From Octopus bimaculoides (lineage: Eukaryota): DNA of 64,000 bases. Where the stretch lies: the NCBI RefSeq assembly GCF_001194135.2, contig NC_069000.1:17317454-17381453 (forward strand). The letters are read 5' to 3'. Of the stretch, positions 50,833 to 62,354 are shown piece after piece. The translations under genes and the position numbers were made by a program. The notes under the pieces are model-generated. The model searched no databases. It saw only the letters and a list, made by a program, of their open reading frames with translations, and had not been told where the DNA came from. Every line of letters begins with the position of its first letter. The stretch's first letter is position 1.

Positions 50833-51881
50833 TTAAACATACAAATTTTCTTCCTCCAGATAAAATTAATTTCAAGAAAAATTTTAAAATTCCAAATATT
50901 TCATAATCAAAAACACTTCCAGTCTCTAAGATCCCTCTATAAGGAATTGATATAACCTTTTAAAAATTGATACAGATTTGATAATAAAAACATAGATATT
51001 AGATATTCCAAATCTCTTATGGAATATTAGAGCCTGTAACAGAAAATGTTTTCAGAATGCTCATTGTAATTATATTCTGACAGATCAGGTGCCAAGGAAC
51101 ATAACAATCAAATATGATAGGTAACAAATATATGTTATAAGAAATCCTATAAGCAAAAGTAAAGAACAGCAGCAAAGAAATTCAAAAGATATGAAAAAAA
51201 AGATAAAAACATGCTAGAAATGTAGAACAAAACATTTTCAATGGAGTGAACTAAAAAAATCTGCATTTTAAAATAATTTCATTTTAAAATTGGAAAATCA
51301 TAAATTTTCCTGTTTTTGTAATTTTTTTTATTTAAGTTTTAAAATTGAAAAATCATGTTAGTCCCTATGTTTTTCATTTAGATCTTTAATCATAAATTTA
51401 CCTATAATTTCAAGTTTTAAGATTAAAAGAAAAAAATTACATACTTTCCCAGTTAAGCCTTAAAATTGTAAAATATTTTTCTTAAATTGTTTCATGATAT
51501 AGTCTTCTTATGAAACAAAATAAATACTAACACAGAAGTTGTTTCAGTGAACAAATCCCAATAAATCTATAATTAAAATTTCTAACAAAAGTTTAAGTTA
51601 GCTTACATTGGGTTTCCTATCAAATACATTAGACTAAATGATATTACTATGGCTATGGTTTCTGCACTGTTTCAGAATCTAAATAGAGCACTTGCCAAAG
51701 GAAGAGAAAGAAAAGGGTGGAGTAGAAAGAGAAAATAAGAGGAACACCTGTACTTTACATATGTAAATATCTCAGTTGGTAAGAAATCACAGACTAATTA
51801 ATAAGTTAAATATCTCAAATAACTTGCATAAAAGTACATGGGACACAACACAATAAACTTCATTGATAGGATAACTTCTAA

Positions 51882-51915
<34 letters not shown>

Positions 51916-52278
51916 NNNNNNNNNNNNNNNNNNNNNNNNNNNNNNNNNNNNNNNNNNNNNNNNNNNNNNNNNNNNNNNNNNNNNNNNNNNNNNNNNNNNN
52001 NNNNNNNNNNNNNNNNNNNNNNNNNNNNNNNNNNNNNNNNNNNNNNNNNNNNNNNNNNNNNNNNNNNNNNNNNNNNNNNNNNNNNNNNNNNNNNNNNNNN
52101 NNNNNNNNNNNNNNNNNNNNNNNNNNNNNNNNNNNNNNNNNNNNNNNNNNNNNNNNNNNNNNNNNNNNNNNNNNNNNNNNNNNNNNNNNNNNNNNNNNNN
52201 NNNNNNNNNNNNNNNNNNNNNNNNNNNNNNNNNNNNNNNNNNNNNNNNNNNNNNNNNNNNNNNNNNNNNNNNNNNNNN

Positions 52279-52628
52279 GGTACTGGCAACGGTCACGCTC
52301 AGGATGGTACATCTTATGTGCCACCCGCACAAGAGCCAGTCCAGGGGCACTGGCAACGATCCCACTTGGCTTGCCGGGTCTTCTCACGCACAGCACATTT
52401 CCAAAGGTCTCGGTCAGTAGTCATCACCTCGGTGAGGCCCAATGTTCGAAGGTCTTGCCTCACCACCTCAGCCCAGGTCTTCCTGGGCCTACCTCTTCCA
52501 CGGGTTCCCTCAACTGTTAGGGAGTGGCACTTTTTCACGCAGCTATCCTCATTCATTCTCACCACATGTCCAAACCAGCGCAATCGTCTCTCTTGCACAC
52601 CACTACTGACGCTTCTTATGTTCAGCTT
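52279..52628 (-). mobile_element. 5'-truncated RTE LINE 3' end (same family as 62355-63855, short 3' UTR variant)
   Basis: VQERRLRWFGHVVRMNEDSCVKKCHSLTVEGTRGRGRPRKTWAEVVRQDLRTLGLTEVMTTDRDLWK; runs into the N-gap. Confidence 0.93.
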
Positions 52629-52693
52629 ATATATATATATAAAACTTCGAATGTAGACACAAAGTCTTACGCTTTGCAATGGAAGATATAGTT

Positions 52694-53147
52694 CAGGGCT
52701 AGCCAACCTGAGGTCCGCGAGCCACATGAGGCCTGCAAGCCACATGCAGCCCGCAGACTTTTATCTTGTGGCCCGCTTGATATTTTCTTGAAATGGGTTT
52801 ATCTGAACAAACATTTAAAAATTTTTATCAAAAATTAAAGATTGTAATGAAAAGTAAGAAAGAAAGATTCTACTGTTTTTGCAAGGATAATACTTCATAT
52901 TGAATTAACGATCATTCATTCATTATTGTAATAATAGCATGAGAAAGCAAAACGCTTTCAGTTCTATCAGCAGTGCTCTATTCTTGTGGCATGCGTATGT
53001 AGTTTGCAATTGTTAACTGAACATCTTTTTTGCTATCCTTTATATGTACGCACATTTATGTATACACTTTAAAATATACAAGCAGCCCTCAAAAAAACTT
53101 TCTGTGATTAAAGTGGCCCGCAATGTAATTTGAGTTGGCCAAGCCTG
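52694..53147 (+). mobile_element. hAT (Charlie/Buster-type) MITE, 454 bp
   Basis: Imperfect 14-bp TIRs cagggctagccaac / gttggccaagcctg (11/14) and 8-bp TSD atatagtt / gtatagtt (7/8) with central TA. Confidence 0.85.
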
Positions 53148-53184
53148 GTATAGTTGACTGACCCTTAACTAGAACTTAAAGAGC

Positions 53185-54290
53185 TGAAGTGTAGCTGACC
53201 TCAATATTCAACTGGTACTTTGTAACTGAGGTATAGGTGATTGTATTATCAACCTCAGAGGAATGACCAGCAAATTCAACCTCAGCAGGATTTGAACTCA
53301 GAATGTTACTAAAAATTGCAAGCTATTTTTGTATGGTGTTCTACCAATTTTTTCATCTACCACCTTCTATAATAATCTTTTCTATTATTGGAGGAGGGGG
53401 TAAGTCAATTACATTGACCCCAGTGCTTAACTGATACTTATTTTAAAATAACTCAGGGGATTTTGCCTGACACATCACCTCTTCTAACAATCCACAGCAC
53501 ACAGTAATTGATTTAAACATTGAAACAAGGCCTAAAATTTCAAGGATTAGTTGATTAAATTAATTTCAATACTTGATTGGCACTTTTTTTTTATGAGCTC
53601 TGAAAGAATGAATAGCAAAAATGACTTCAAGAGATTTGAACTCAGAATATAAAGAGTCAGAACTAATATTACAAGGCATTTTTCCAGTGCTCTAATGATC
53701 CTTACAAATAATAATGTCTTACAACAGGCTCAAAGTCAGAACTTTCTTTTTTTATTTTTGTAGGAGTTGACACATACTTGTCAGCTGGATTGAAATGGAT
53801 TACCCATGCTCAGTCCACTGCAGGATGAGGTCCTCAGCATGTTCTCTCTACCAACTATGGTCTGATTGGGAGGCCATGAATTTAATCTTGTGATCATACT
53901 GGTTTGATGAGCCTACTTCGTCACACTGGCTCAACATGGTTTGGCAGCAGGATGCAGTTTTACCCAGGAGTAGTTAAGTCAATTACATTGACCCCAGTGT
54001 TCAACTGGTACTTATTTTATCAGCCCCAAAAGGATGAGAGGCAAAGTTGACTTCGTGGAATTTGAACTCAGAATGTAAGGATGCACGAAATACCGCTAAG
54101 CATTTCACCTAGTGTACTAATGATTCTGTTAGCTCACTGCCTATTTGTCAGTTATACAACCCCAATATTTGATTGGTACTTCATTTTATCAACCATTGAA
54201 GAATAAAAAATGGGGATCAGGACATACAGAGGATGGAACAAATGCCACAAATCATTTTGCCAGATGCTCTAGCAATTCTGCTAATAATAA
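53185..54290 (-). mobile_element. Cluster of about four SINE family A copies, all minus strand (best copy 53973-54143)
   Basis: Repeated atttgaactcagaat B-box in reverse and gcaaagttgac/actggtactt core pieces. Confidence 0.8.
53775..53965 (-). mobile_element. Possible degenerate LINE C-terminal fragment
   Basis: Minus frame DHKIKFMASQSDHSW*REHAEDLILQWTEHG* loosely resembles RTE C-termini (AQDR..WR). Confidence 0.35.
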
Positions 54291-54766
54291 TTCTTCCTTC
54301 ATTTACTACAAGGACCCATTCATTCATACTACATGTTACCAAAAGGGTTTAATTGATGTGACAATTATTATACACAGAAAAGATAAGTAATTAATTTCTA
54401 TTATGCAACTAACGCACTTGGGAAAGGCATGAAAGTCACAAAATTCAATCCCTCTCCCAACTGAAGAAACAATATCTGACCTTGTACCAGTGTAACAAAT
54501 CTATAATGTCTGAAATTCCAGTATTGTAGATATACACACATACATGCATACTAAGAAGTAGGGAAAATATGGATGAAATAATTTAAAAATAACAATCATA
54601 ATCGGAACCTCCATATTTTCATAGCCTCGTAGCTCAGTTTAATACCATCAACATAATTGTCATCCTTGGGTAACATTAGCAAAGCTGACTTTGTTGCAAA
54701 TATTCAGACTCGACACCAATATGAAACCCACCATTCTCTTTTCTGCTCATATTTTTTCCCTAACAG

Positions 54767-54847
54767 ATTTCAACTTTACATGGAAATTCAAGCTGAACAT
54801 CAACAATATCAATTCCAGTAGTTACAGTACTGTTGCTAAAGCTATGG
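54767..54847 (+). other. Candidate 81-nt symmetric (phase 1-1) exon
   Basis: Strong pyrimidine tract ending ccctaacag, G|gtact donor, open frame DFNFTWKFKLNINNINSSSYSTVAKAM. No family recognised. Confidence 0.2.
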
Positions 54848-55562
54848 GTACTACAACTTCCCCTTGACAAAAAACATTAAAAAAAAATACTCAGAAAGGG
54901 CTAGAAAAGGTCATCAGCTCAGCTTCCTCTAGTTGACTATACCATAAAACAAAAAACCTGGAAGGATTTGCTAAAGGTCATGAACACAGCCCCTTCACCC
55001 TTGACTGACTTATAAAAGCATTTACAAAAAAAAATGGAAGTCTAGTCATGTAGTTTTTCAGTTTTGTCAAATATTTGGAGGGAAGTGTTTGAAAGAAAAA
55101 GAAGTAAAAGCAAATATGTCCAAAATATTCAACAAGAAATTATACAGGTCTGTTAAAGTCCTATGTTGTGACCAATTGTGTTGTTGTGCCCCACAAACCC
55201 ATCCGATTATGCCAGCAAGCAGATGTAAAAATTATAGTGATAATAAGATATATATATCATCATCATTTAACAGACACACACTCACATGCATACTTGTGTA
55301 TGTACATAAATATACACACAAACACACAGACATTTATCAATACATGTATGTATGTATTGTATGCATGTATATATGTATTGCATGCATGTATATATGTATT
55401 GTGTGTATATATATATGTATTGTGTGTATATATATATGTATTGTGTGTATATATATATATATNNNNNNNNNNNNNNNNNNNNNNNNNNNNNNNNNNNNNN
55501 NNNNNNNNNNNNNNNNNNNNNNNNNNNNNNNNNNNNNNNNNNNNNNNNNNNNNNNNNNNNNN

Positions 55563-55597
<35 letters not shown>

Positions 55598-56348
55598 TAC
55601 ACACACACACACTGTTAGTGATAATGCCTACCTATATCTAACAAAGATTAGACCCTCTGCTACTTAACGTGTAATTAGCAACAAAGACTAACACACACCA
55701 TGTTAATAATTATCAGTAGTAATTCGTTTGTGAGTGAGGAAATAAATAACAAATCAATTAATAGTGGAAACATCTGGCTATGTATGAGAATTTCTCAATC
55801 ATCACCAAGGAATCACAGAAATTTTCTTCTTATATGCAGAAATGAGATACCAATCTACCTACTCACTACAAGCAAAGTCCCTCACCATGTGAGATACAAA
55901 ACTTTATGGTTGCCAACTTCTACTTTGGCATCGTAAAAGTTAGGTCAGGAGAGATTGAAGAGATATTGTGCTGTGTACAAGAAGTAAAATAGAATTAATC
56001 TCAGCCACATTCCACAAAAGAAAAGAACTAAGAAACACAGCATATGTGCCACTACAGCAGTATCACTTTGATCTTTCTTGACTTACATTCATGATGCCAA
56101 AGTTGATGATGGCAGCTCTAAAGTTTTGTATCTAACATAAAGAATGGTATTTCTGAGTGGTAAACAGAGATGCAGAGCGGTTATATTGTCTGCAGAGAAA
56201 TGAACATATGAGCTACATGTGGTAGTCAGTGTGCAATACAATAATTAAACTTAAAGTAGTCATGGACAACAACCAGAACATTTATCTACTTATGCCAAAG
56301 CAGACAGTAGAGCTTGGTGCAGTCCTTGGGCTTGCCAGATCCTGTTAA

Positions 56349-56570
56349 CCCCTTTCGATACCAACCCAGCTGAAACCGGCTCTGACTCTGTAGTACAAAT
56401 GTCTTGTTTTCATAAATTTTGAATTAGAATCTTCCACTAAACCTTAGTCACAATATATGTTCCTAAGACCAGCTTAATTATAACTAAGTTATTTTACTAA
56501 ATTCTTGGTTATATTTAAAATAACTGATGGAAACACAGAGCATCTCGAAATAAATACGGTAACGACAGGG
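56349..56570 (+). mobile_element. piggyBac-like MITE family 1 inserted in an RTE 3' tail (56295-56622)
   Basis: TTAA on both sides (56345-56348, 56571-56574), ~13-bp TIR ccctttcgatacc / ggtaacgacaggg; removing it restores cctgttaaactgtccagcc of the LINE tail. Confidence 0.88.
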
Positions 56571-56639
56571 TTAAACTGTCCAGCCTGTGTCAGCATGGAA
56601 GATGGGCATTAAATGATGATGTACCACAATCAGGGCAGA

Positions 56640-58140
56640 TAGATGAACTGAAGGACCACTTTTAAAAAGGGTCTCATGCAGACTTCCTCAATAACAAATG
56701 ACAGTAAACTTACTAACTGGTAATTTTAATGGGCATGACAACATCATTATGATTTCTCCATCATGTACAAAGGTTATGGATAAAGTGTGAGGAATGGAGA
56801 GGTATCAAGGCTCCATGAGTTAATTGATCACATGCAACACAGACTTGAGGAAGCTACCTGCTATCTGATCCCCTATCACTCAAGCAAACATACAAAACAG
56901 TTAGACGCCACATACACCAGAATACAGGATAGACTGATAATGTAGAATACTAAATTCTTCCAGGGTAACAACATAGTATTCAGAAACACAGATTAGTGAC
57001 TTCAGAGTATGAACCAGACGTACCCTAAAGAGACAAGAAACCCTAGAGAAGGAAGATATGGAAGTTGAAAGAGCCCTTAGGTTCGGAGAAGCATTAATTG
57101 ACATATATGATGAGAAGGAGGAAGAGACAAAGACTTTAATAGGGAGTTTTTTGAAGAGACAACCTACCAAGGGCTACAGATCTGATTTGTGATGAAAGGT
57201 TGCAGCCAGAGAGAAAGTGACATAATAGTGGAACAATATTGTAGATAGGATAGTGCCGTAAAAGCTAAGTGATAGGCCTGGAAAGACTGGAAGACAAGGC
57301 TCAGCAAAGAACAATGTCAAGTAGCTGGAAGAGAAGCTAGATATCAAATATACTTAGCAAGGGCAGAAGCAGAAAGAGGTTTGCACATGTTCTACAAGGT
57401 AACAATCAGAGGCATGGGGTGTTAGGTAAAAGTACGTATGAATTAAAGCAATTCACTAAAATGACAAAGAAAAGAAAGAGGCTTGAAAATGCTATTACAA
57501 GACATTAATCAGTGAGGAGAATGCATGTGAGAGAGAGGGAATACTCCAAATACATCTAACAAAAGGCTCATCTATTGAAGTTGACAGCCGTACACTTAAA
57601 AGCACAATTAGGAATATGAAAACTGAGAAGGCAGCAGACCATCAAGGACAGTTTCTGAAATGCTTAGAATATTTGGCAAAGTAGGTCATGCACCAGTCAC
57701 TTGCATAGTCAATCAGATAGTATGAGAAGGTGTTATAGCCAATGATTGGTATAACAGTATCATTACCAACTGCCACAATGGCAAGTGAGATGCTCTAACA
57801 AAGGCAACGACAGACAATAAAATGATAGACCAGATTAAAATAAGTCACTAAAAGAGTTTTAATGTAACTGATTTTGAGAGTTTACCTAGACAACTTGCAG
57901 CCAAAATGAGGTGCAACTAATGACATAGAAGTACTTAGCTAGAAGTAAATCAGTCTACCTAACTTTTGTTGATCAGGAAAAGGCTTTTGACATGATTCCA
58001 CATGTTGTAGTCTGATTGTACTAACAAAACTAAGGAAAGATAAATGGCTTATGAGAACTATACAAGCCATGTACAGAAGTGTCATCCAGTGAGGAATTTA
58101 GCATGCAAGTTAATATATATCAGGGCTCAATTATCAGCTT
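56640..58140 (+). pseudogene. Heavily degenerate RTE LINE ORF: APE endonuclease C-terminal half, linker and RT N-terminal half
   Basis: Frameshifted motifs GNFNGH (56719), YLIPYHSSKHTKQLD, KHRLVTSEY, AWKDWK, DWYNSIITNCHNGK, YLTFVDQEKAFDMIPH (57956), EEFSMQVNIYQGSIIS, in the expected EN-to-RT order. Confidence 0.85.
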
Positions 58141-59187
58141 GAGTGTTGCACTCATGATTGCTAGATTGTGGGTTCAATTTCTGGACTAGGTAGTGCATTG
58201 TGTTCTTCAGCAAAGCACTTCATATTACATTGCTCTGTAGGTGGGAGAGAGTCAGAATCATTGGCAGAAATGCTTTACAGTATATCTTCTGGCTCTCTAC
58301 ATCTGAGTTCAAATCCTACCTGCATGGAAGGGGCAACAGGAAACCACTCCAGTATTCACCCCAAGTCTAGTCATGGTAGCTAAAGTTCCAGTAATTTACT
58401 TAATAGCAGATGGAGTGGGTACAGGCCCTCGCAGGTTGTACTAATAAGATATAGAATATTAAATATACAAGGAGTAGCACTGTGTTATAGTGTTAATTAT
58501 CTGCAACTTTTTTCCACCTAGATTTACTGAAATGTTATAACATGTTGGAGTTTAACAACCTATTATTAATTGAGTTCTTAATTACTATGGATATATATAT
58601 CATCATCATCTTCCATGTATGTACAGGTAGGATGGTTGACAGGAGCCAGCCATATTGATGTTTTATACATTATCTCTTTTTATGCAGATATATTTGTACC
58701 TTTACACTGAGCAGTGCCAATATAATCCACATCAAAACAGGAGTAGTTTTGAAGGAATTCCCACAGAAATATACATAGATATTCCAAAGAATGATATTTA
58801 CATGTAAATGCTAATTCAGAAAATTAATTCATTAAGAAGAATGTGACAGAGGGATTTTCACTTTCACAACAAACCCAATAAAAGAAAATGAAAATAGATA
58901 CATATGATCTAAATTCTTATAACTTACCATTTCATATTCCAATTCTAGATAACTTTGAAAAAGATTTACTGAATTTCATTTTGAACATTAAATTTAGAAG
59001 GATATCTAATGACTTCTAAAATGACATATCTAAAAGATTTCTGATATTGCCTATTCTATTGCACGTACCATCAGACAAAACTGGGAAAATATACTATATC
59101 AGTTAAGCAACACATGACCTTATTACTAAGAAATTACTATAGAAATTATAAAAAAGCTGAATCCAATGCACTCGGCAGTAGAAATGA

Positions 59188-59466
59188 TTTGGAGTATTCA
59201 TACCAGCTATATCTGGCCCAAATATTTGCTTTTTGTTCAAACTGGCCAGATCCGGTTTCTCACACCTAGCCTATCTTTTCTCTTCTACTTGTTTCAGTCA
59301 CTAGACTGAGGCACCACCTTGTTGGGGCATCACCTTGAGGAATTTTAGTCAATTTTATATGGTACTTATTCTATCGGCCTCATTTGCCAAATTGCTAAGT
59401 TAAGGGTATGTAAACACACCAACACCAGTCATTAGGCACTGATGGGGGGGGGGGACAGACACAAAT

Positions 59467-59508
<42 letters not shown>

Positions 59509-59802
59509 GACAGGTTCCTTTCAGTGTCTGTCTACCAAATCCACTCACAAGGCTTTGGCTGGCCTGAGGCTATAGTAGAAGACACTTGCCCAAAATGCCA
59601 CACAGGGGAAACTGAACCCAGAACCATGTGGTTGGGAAACAAACTTCTTACCAAACATCCATGCCTGCACCCTACATTATCATTCTAAAACTAAACAATC
59701 ATATCATTGAAATCTCAAAGCTATGAGTGAATTCAAGATTAGTTCAAAACAAAGTGAATAAATAAGCATTACTTTTGACAGAATAATTTGAATGCTAGAG
59801 AT
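59188..59802 (+). mobile_element. piggyBac-like MITE family 2 split by a SINE
   Basis: Halves 59188-59276 and 59672-59802 join to match 14132-14310 and 27877-28089. Confidence 0.7.
59277..59671 (-). mobile_element. SINE family C copy nested in the MITE
   Basis: Reverse head ggtgcaggcatggatgtttggtaagaagtttg, gggttcagtt B-box, internal microsatellite, gtttcagtca tail. Confidence 0.88.
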
Positions 59803-60180
59803 AAACTTGTTACTAGACTTAATTTAGCAGACTGGACAAAACCTTTCAAACCAAGAACTTCTCATTATTTTATCAAGGACCCTAAGATAAACTTTCCTGA
59901 AAATCTTTCTATTAGCTTAATTAGTCCTTCCAACTCTGGTTTAGGTTAAGGTCAGTAAAAAGAATAATTGATAAGTAACACACCTGTTGTTAAAAAGTAT
60001 TTTAGCTCATGACTTTGGGACAATTCTGAAGATGTAATCCAATGGTTTGTAAAGCTAAAAAATAAAGAAAAATCTTCTTTCTTTCATTACTCCCTACTCC
60101 TCAAAAAGACCTATATATTCACTAGAAAGATATCCTTTTAGCTCCACCATACATAGATTTATTTAGATATAATAATATTG

Positions 60181-60384
60181 ATTTCAAGTTTTGCCTCAAG
60201 GCCATCAAGTTCAGGGAAGAGGATATGTCAATTACCAGCGTTCAACTGGTATTTATTTTATCAATCCCAAAAGGATGAAAGGCAAAGTTGACTTCAGTGG
60301 AATTTGAACTCAGAACATAAAGATAGGCAAAATATCCTAAGCATTTTGCCCAGTGTGCTAACAATTCTGCCAGCTTGCTGCCTT
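60181..60384 (-). mobile_element. SINE family A copy
   Basis: aaaggatgaaaggcaaagttgacttcagtggaatttgaactcagaac...ttctgccagcttgctgcctt. Confidence 0.88.
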
Positions 60385-60807
60385 CTAGATGTAATAATAT
60401 TGACATAACTAAAGGATCATTTAGCAAAGCTCAGATAACTGATTGAGTTCAATTACTTATATTATTTAAATCATAGAAATTTTCCAAACCTTGAGAATAG
60501 TCAATATCATGAGGATTCTAACTTCAGTATCCTATCCTCTATCTCAATTAGTAAAACTCAGGAAATCCTTACATATATTTTTTAAAAGCCATAATTTATC
60601 CATTACCTAGGAGGGTACTAAAATTGCAAATTTTTTTGATGTGACCCTTAAATTTTAGTCTTGATTATCCATATCGTAAACCCAGTGAGACTCTATACTA
60701 TATAAATAAAAAAACAATCATTCTAGATCCATTATAAATAGTTCAGTAAAAGTATTTCAATGAGAATTTCTAATCTTTCAGCTAATATTTTTTTCCTATT
60801 GTCTTCA

Positions 60808-60884
<77 letters not shown>

Positions 60885-60924
60885 TGTGTATTATGTTGTG
60901 CTTACATCAAGCTAAGTAAAATCA

Positions 60925-61148
60925 CAGTCATGGCAGATACTGGTGCCATGCAAATGGCACCTTTCCCGGTGGCACATAAAAGCACCTATTACACTCTCAG
61001 AGTGGTTGGCATTAGGAAGGACATCCAGCCATAGAGCCCATGCCAAATCCAGTTGGAATCTGGTGCAGCCTTCCAGCTTGCCAGACCTGGTCAAACCGTC
61101 CAGCCCATGCCAGCTTGGACAACAGATTTTAAATGATGATGATGATGC
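60925..61148 (+). mobile_element. RTE LINE 3' tail
   Basis: ggtggcacataaaagcacc...gagtggttggcattaggaagg...aaatgatgatgatgatg. Confidence 0.85.
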
Positions 61149-61765
61149 TGACACGTATGCCTTCTCTGCATAGGAATATGTGTGTGTCTGCTGTGTTCAT
61201 TTAATTATGTATACACATACATATCTGTATATGTACATGTGCATATGTGTCATTGTGATTATTTTACATAGGTGTGTGTATATATATATTAGACACACAC
61301 AAATGTATACATATATATATATGTGTGTGTTTCTCTTAAGCTCACTTGTATACTTTATAGCTAGCATAGCTTTATATAATATTAGAGATAATTTGGGGTA
61401 AACATTGCTTTAAATTATTTAATATTAATTAATTATGTATCTTAATTATGTAATTATAGAATTAATGGTGCTTATTCCTAATGAAGCAGCTGTTGAAAGT
61501 AATGAAATTGTGATCTGTCTGTGAAATTTATGCTTTTCTGCGTTTAATTTTAATTTTAAATATACGTTGCTCTTTAAGGATCGTTTTAACTGATTATGTA
61601 TATTGAGGAATGCTTTTTTTCTACCAGGATTTACGGCAATATTATAACATGTACAACATTAACAGTCTATAATTAATCAAGCTCTTAATGACTGTGCACA
61701 TATATTCCGTTGTTGTTTATTACAGCATCTCTTTATATTTGGATGCATACACACTCACACACATA

Positions 61766-61965
61766 TAACTGGGTCCTGAAAAGTTCCTGGCTTTAAGGGT
61801 ATCAGAAACAGCCAGGTTGAAGGCCCAATCTTCTGAGTTCCTTTACAAGGACCTCTGCAATAAGTGTGTAAATCTGAGAGAGGAATATGTTGGATAAAAT
61901 CATAATTAACTGATCCTCCGGTATTTTCTTTTACCCAAAGCCAAGAACTTTTCAGCACCACCTCG
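61766..61965 (+). mobile_element. Mariner-derived MITE (200 bp) with transposase C-terminal remnant
   Basis: ~29-bp TIRs (ctgaaaagttcctggcttt / aaagccaagaacttttcagcaccacctcg), TA on both flanks, internal CNKCVNLREEYVG* (61856-61897) resembling the mariner KC...G.YVE C-terminus. Confidence 0.82.
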
Positions 61966-62354
61966 TATATACATAAATATACACATATACATGTATATAC
62001 GTGTGTGCATATGTGTGTGTTAATGAATAACAAAAGAACAAGAGTTATGTAATTACTTTCATTAGCATACAGTTATCATAGCTTACTCAAAGCCATTTAA
62101 AGGACTTCCTTTACTTCTACAGTGCAACCGTAGTGAGTTCTAATTGGTTATTAGTATCATCATGCCCAAGCAAATTCATAAAATATATGCATACATGTAT
62201 AATACATATCATACATTCGTATTATCTTGCATTTTTTACTTGTTTCAATCATTTATATTCGCTATTTCAGTCCTAGAACACAGAAATAAGCAGAGAGAGA
62301 AACTAAAAAAATGTTTAGTGACTAGCAATCAATCATGGTGAATGCTGGACAGAG

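Larger units (their letters stand above)
58760..60120 (+). pseudogene. Degenerate Penelope-like element RT N-terminal region, interrupted by nested MITE and SINE
   Basis: MKIDTYDLNSYNLPFHIPILDNFEKDLLNFILNIKFRRISNDF* (58888), VPSDKTGKIY (59065), RNYKKAESNA; after the insertion NLADW...IKDPKINFPENLSISLISPSNSGLG (59821), KVSKRIIDK, LWDNSEDVIQWFVKLKNKEKSSF. These match Penelope RT motifs (ADKT, YKKA, IKDHK.NF, RLINP.KSELG, QW.N..DVI.WF). Confidence 0.8.

Noticed and set aside
61470-61535. ctaatga-agcag...ctgt-gaaa possible decayed hammerhead
   Set aside because: The core has G5 replaced and there is no stem III or cleavage triplet; not supportable.
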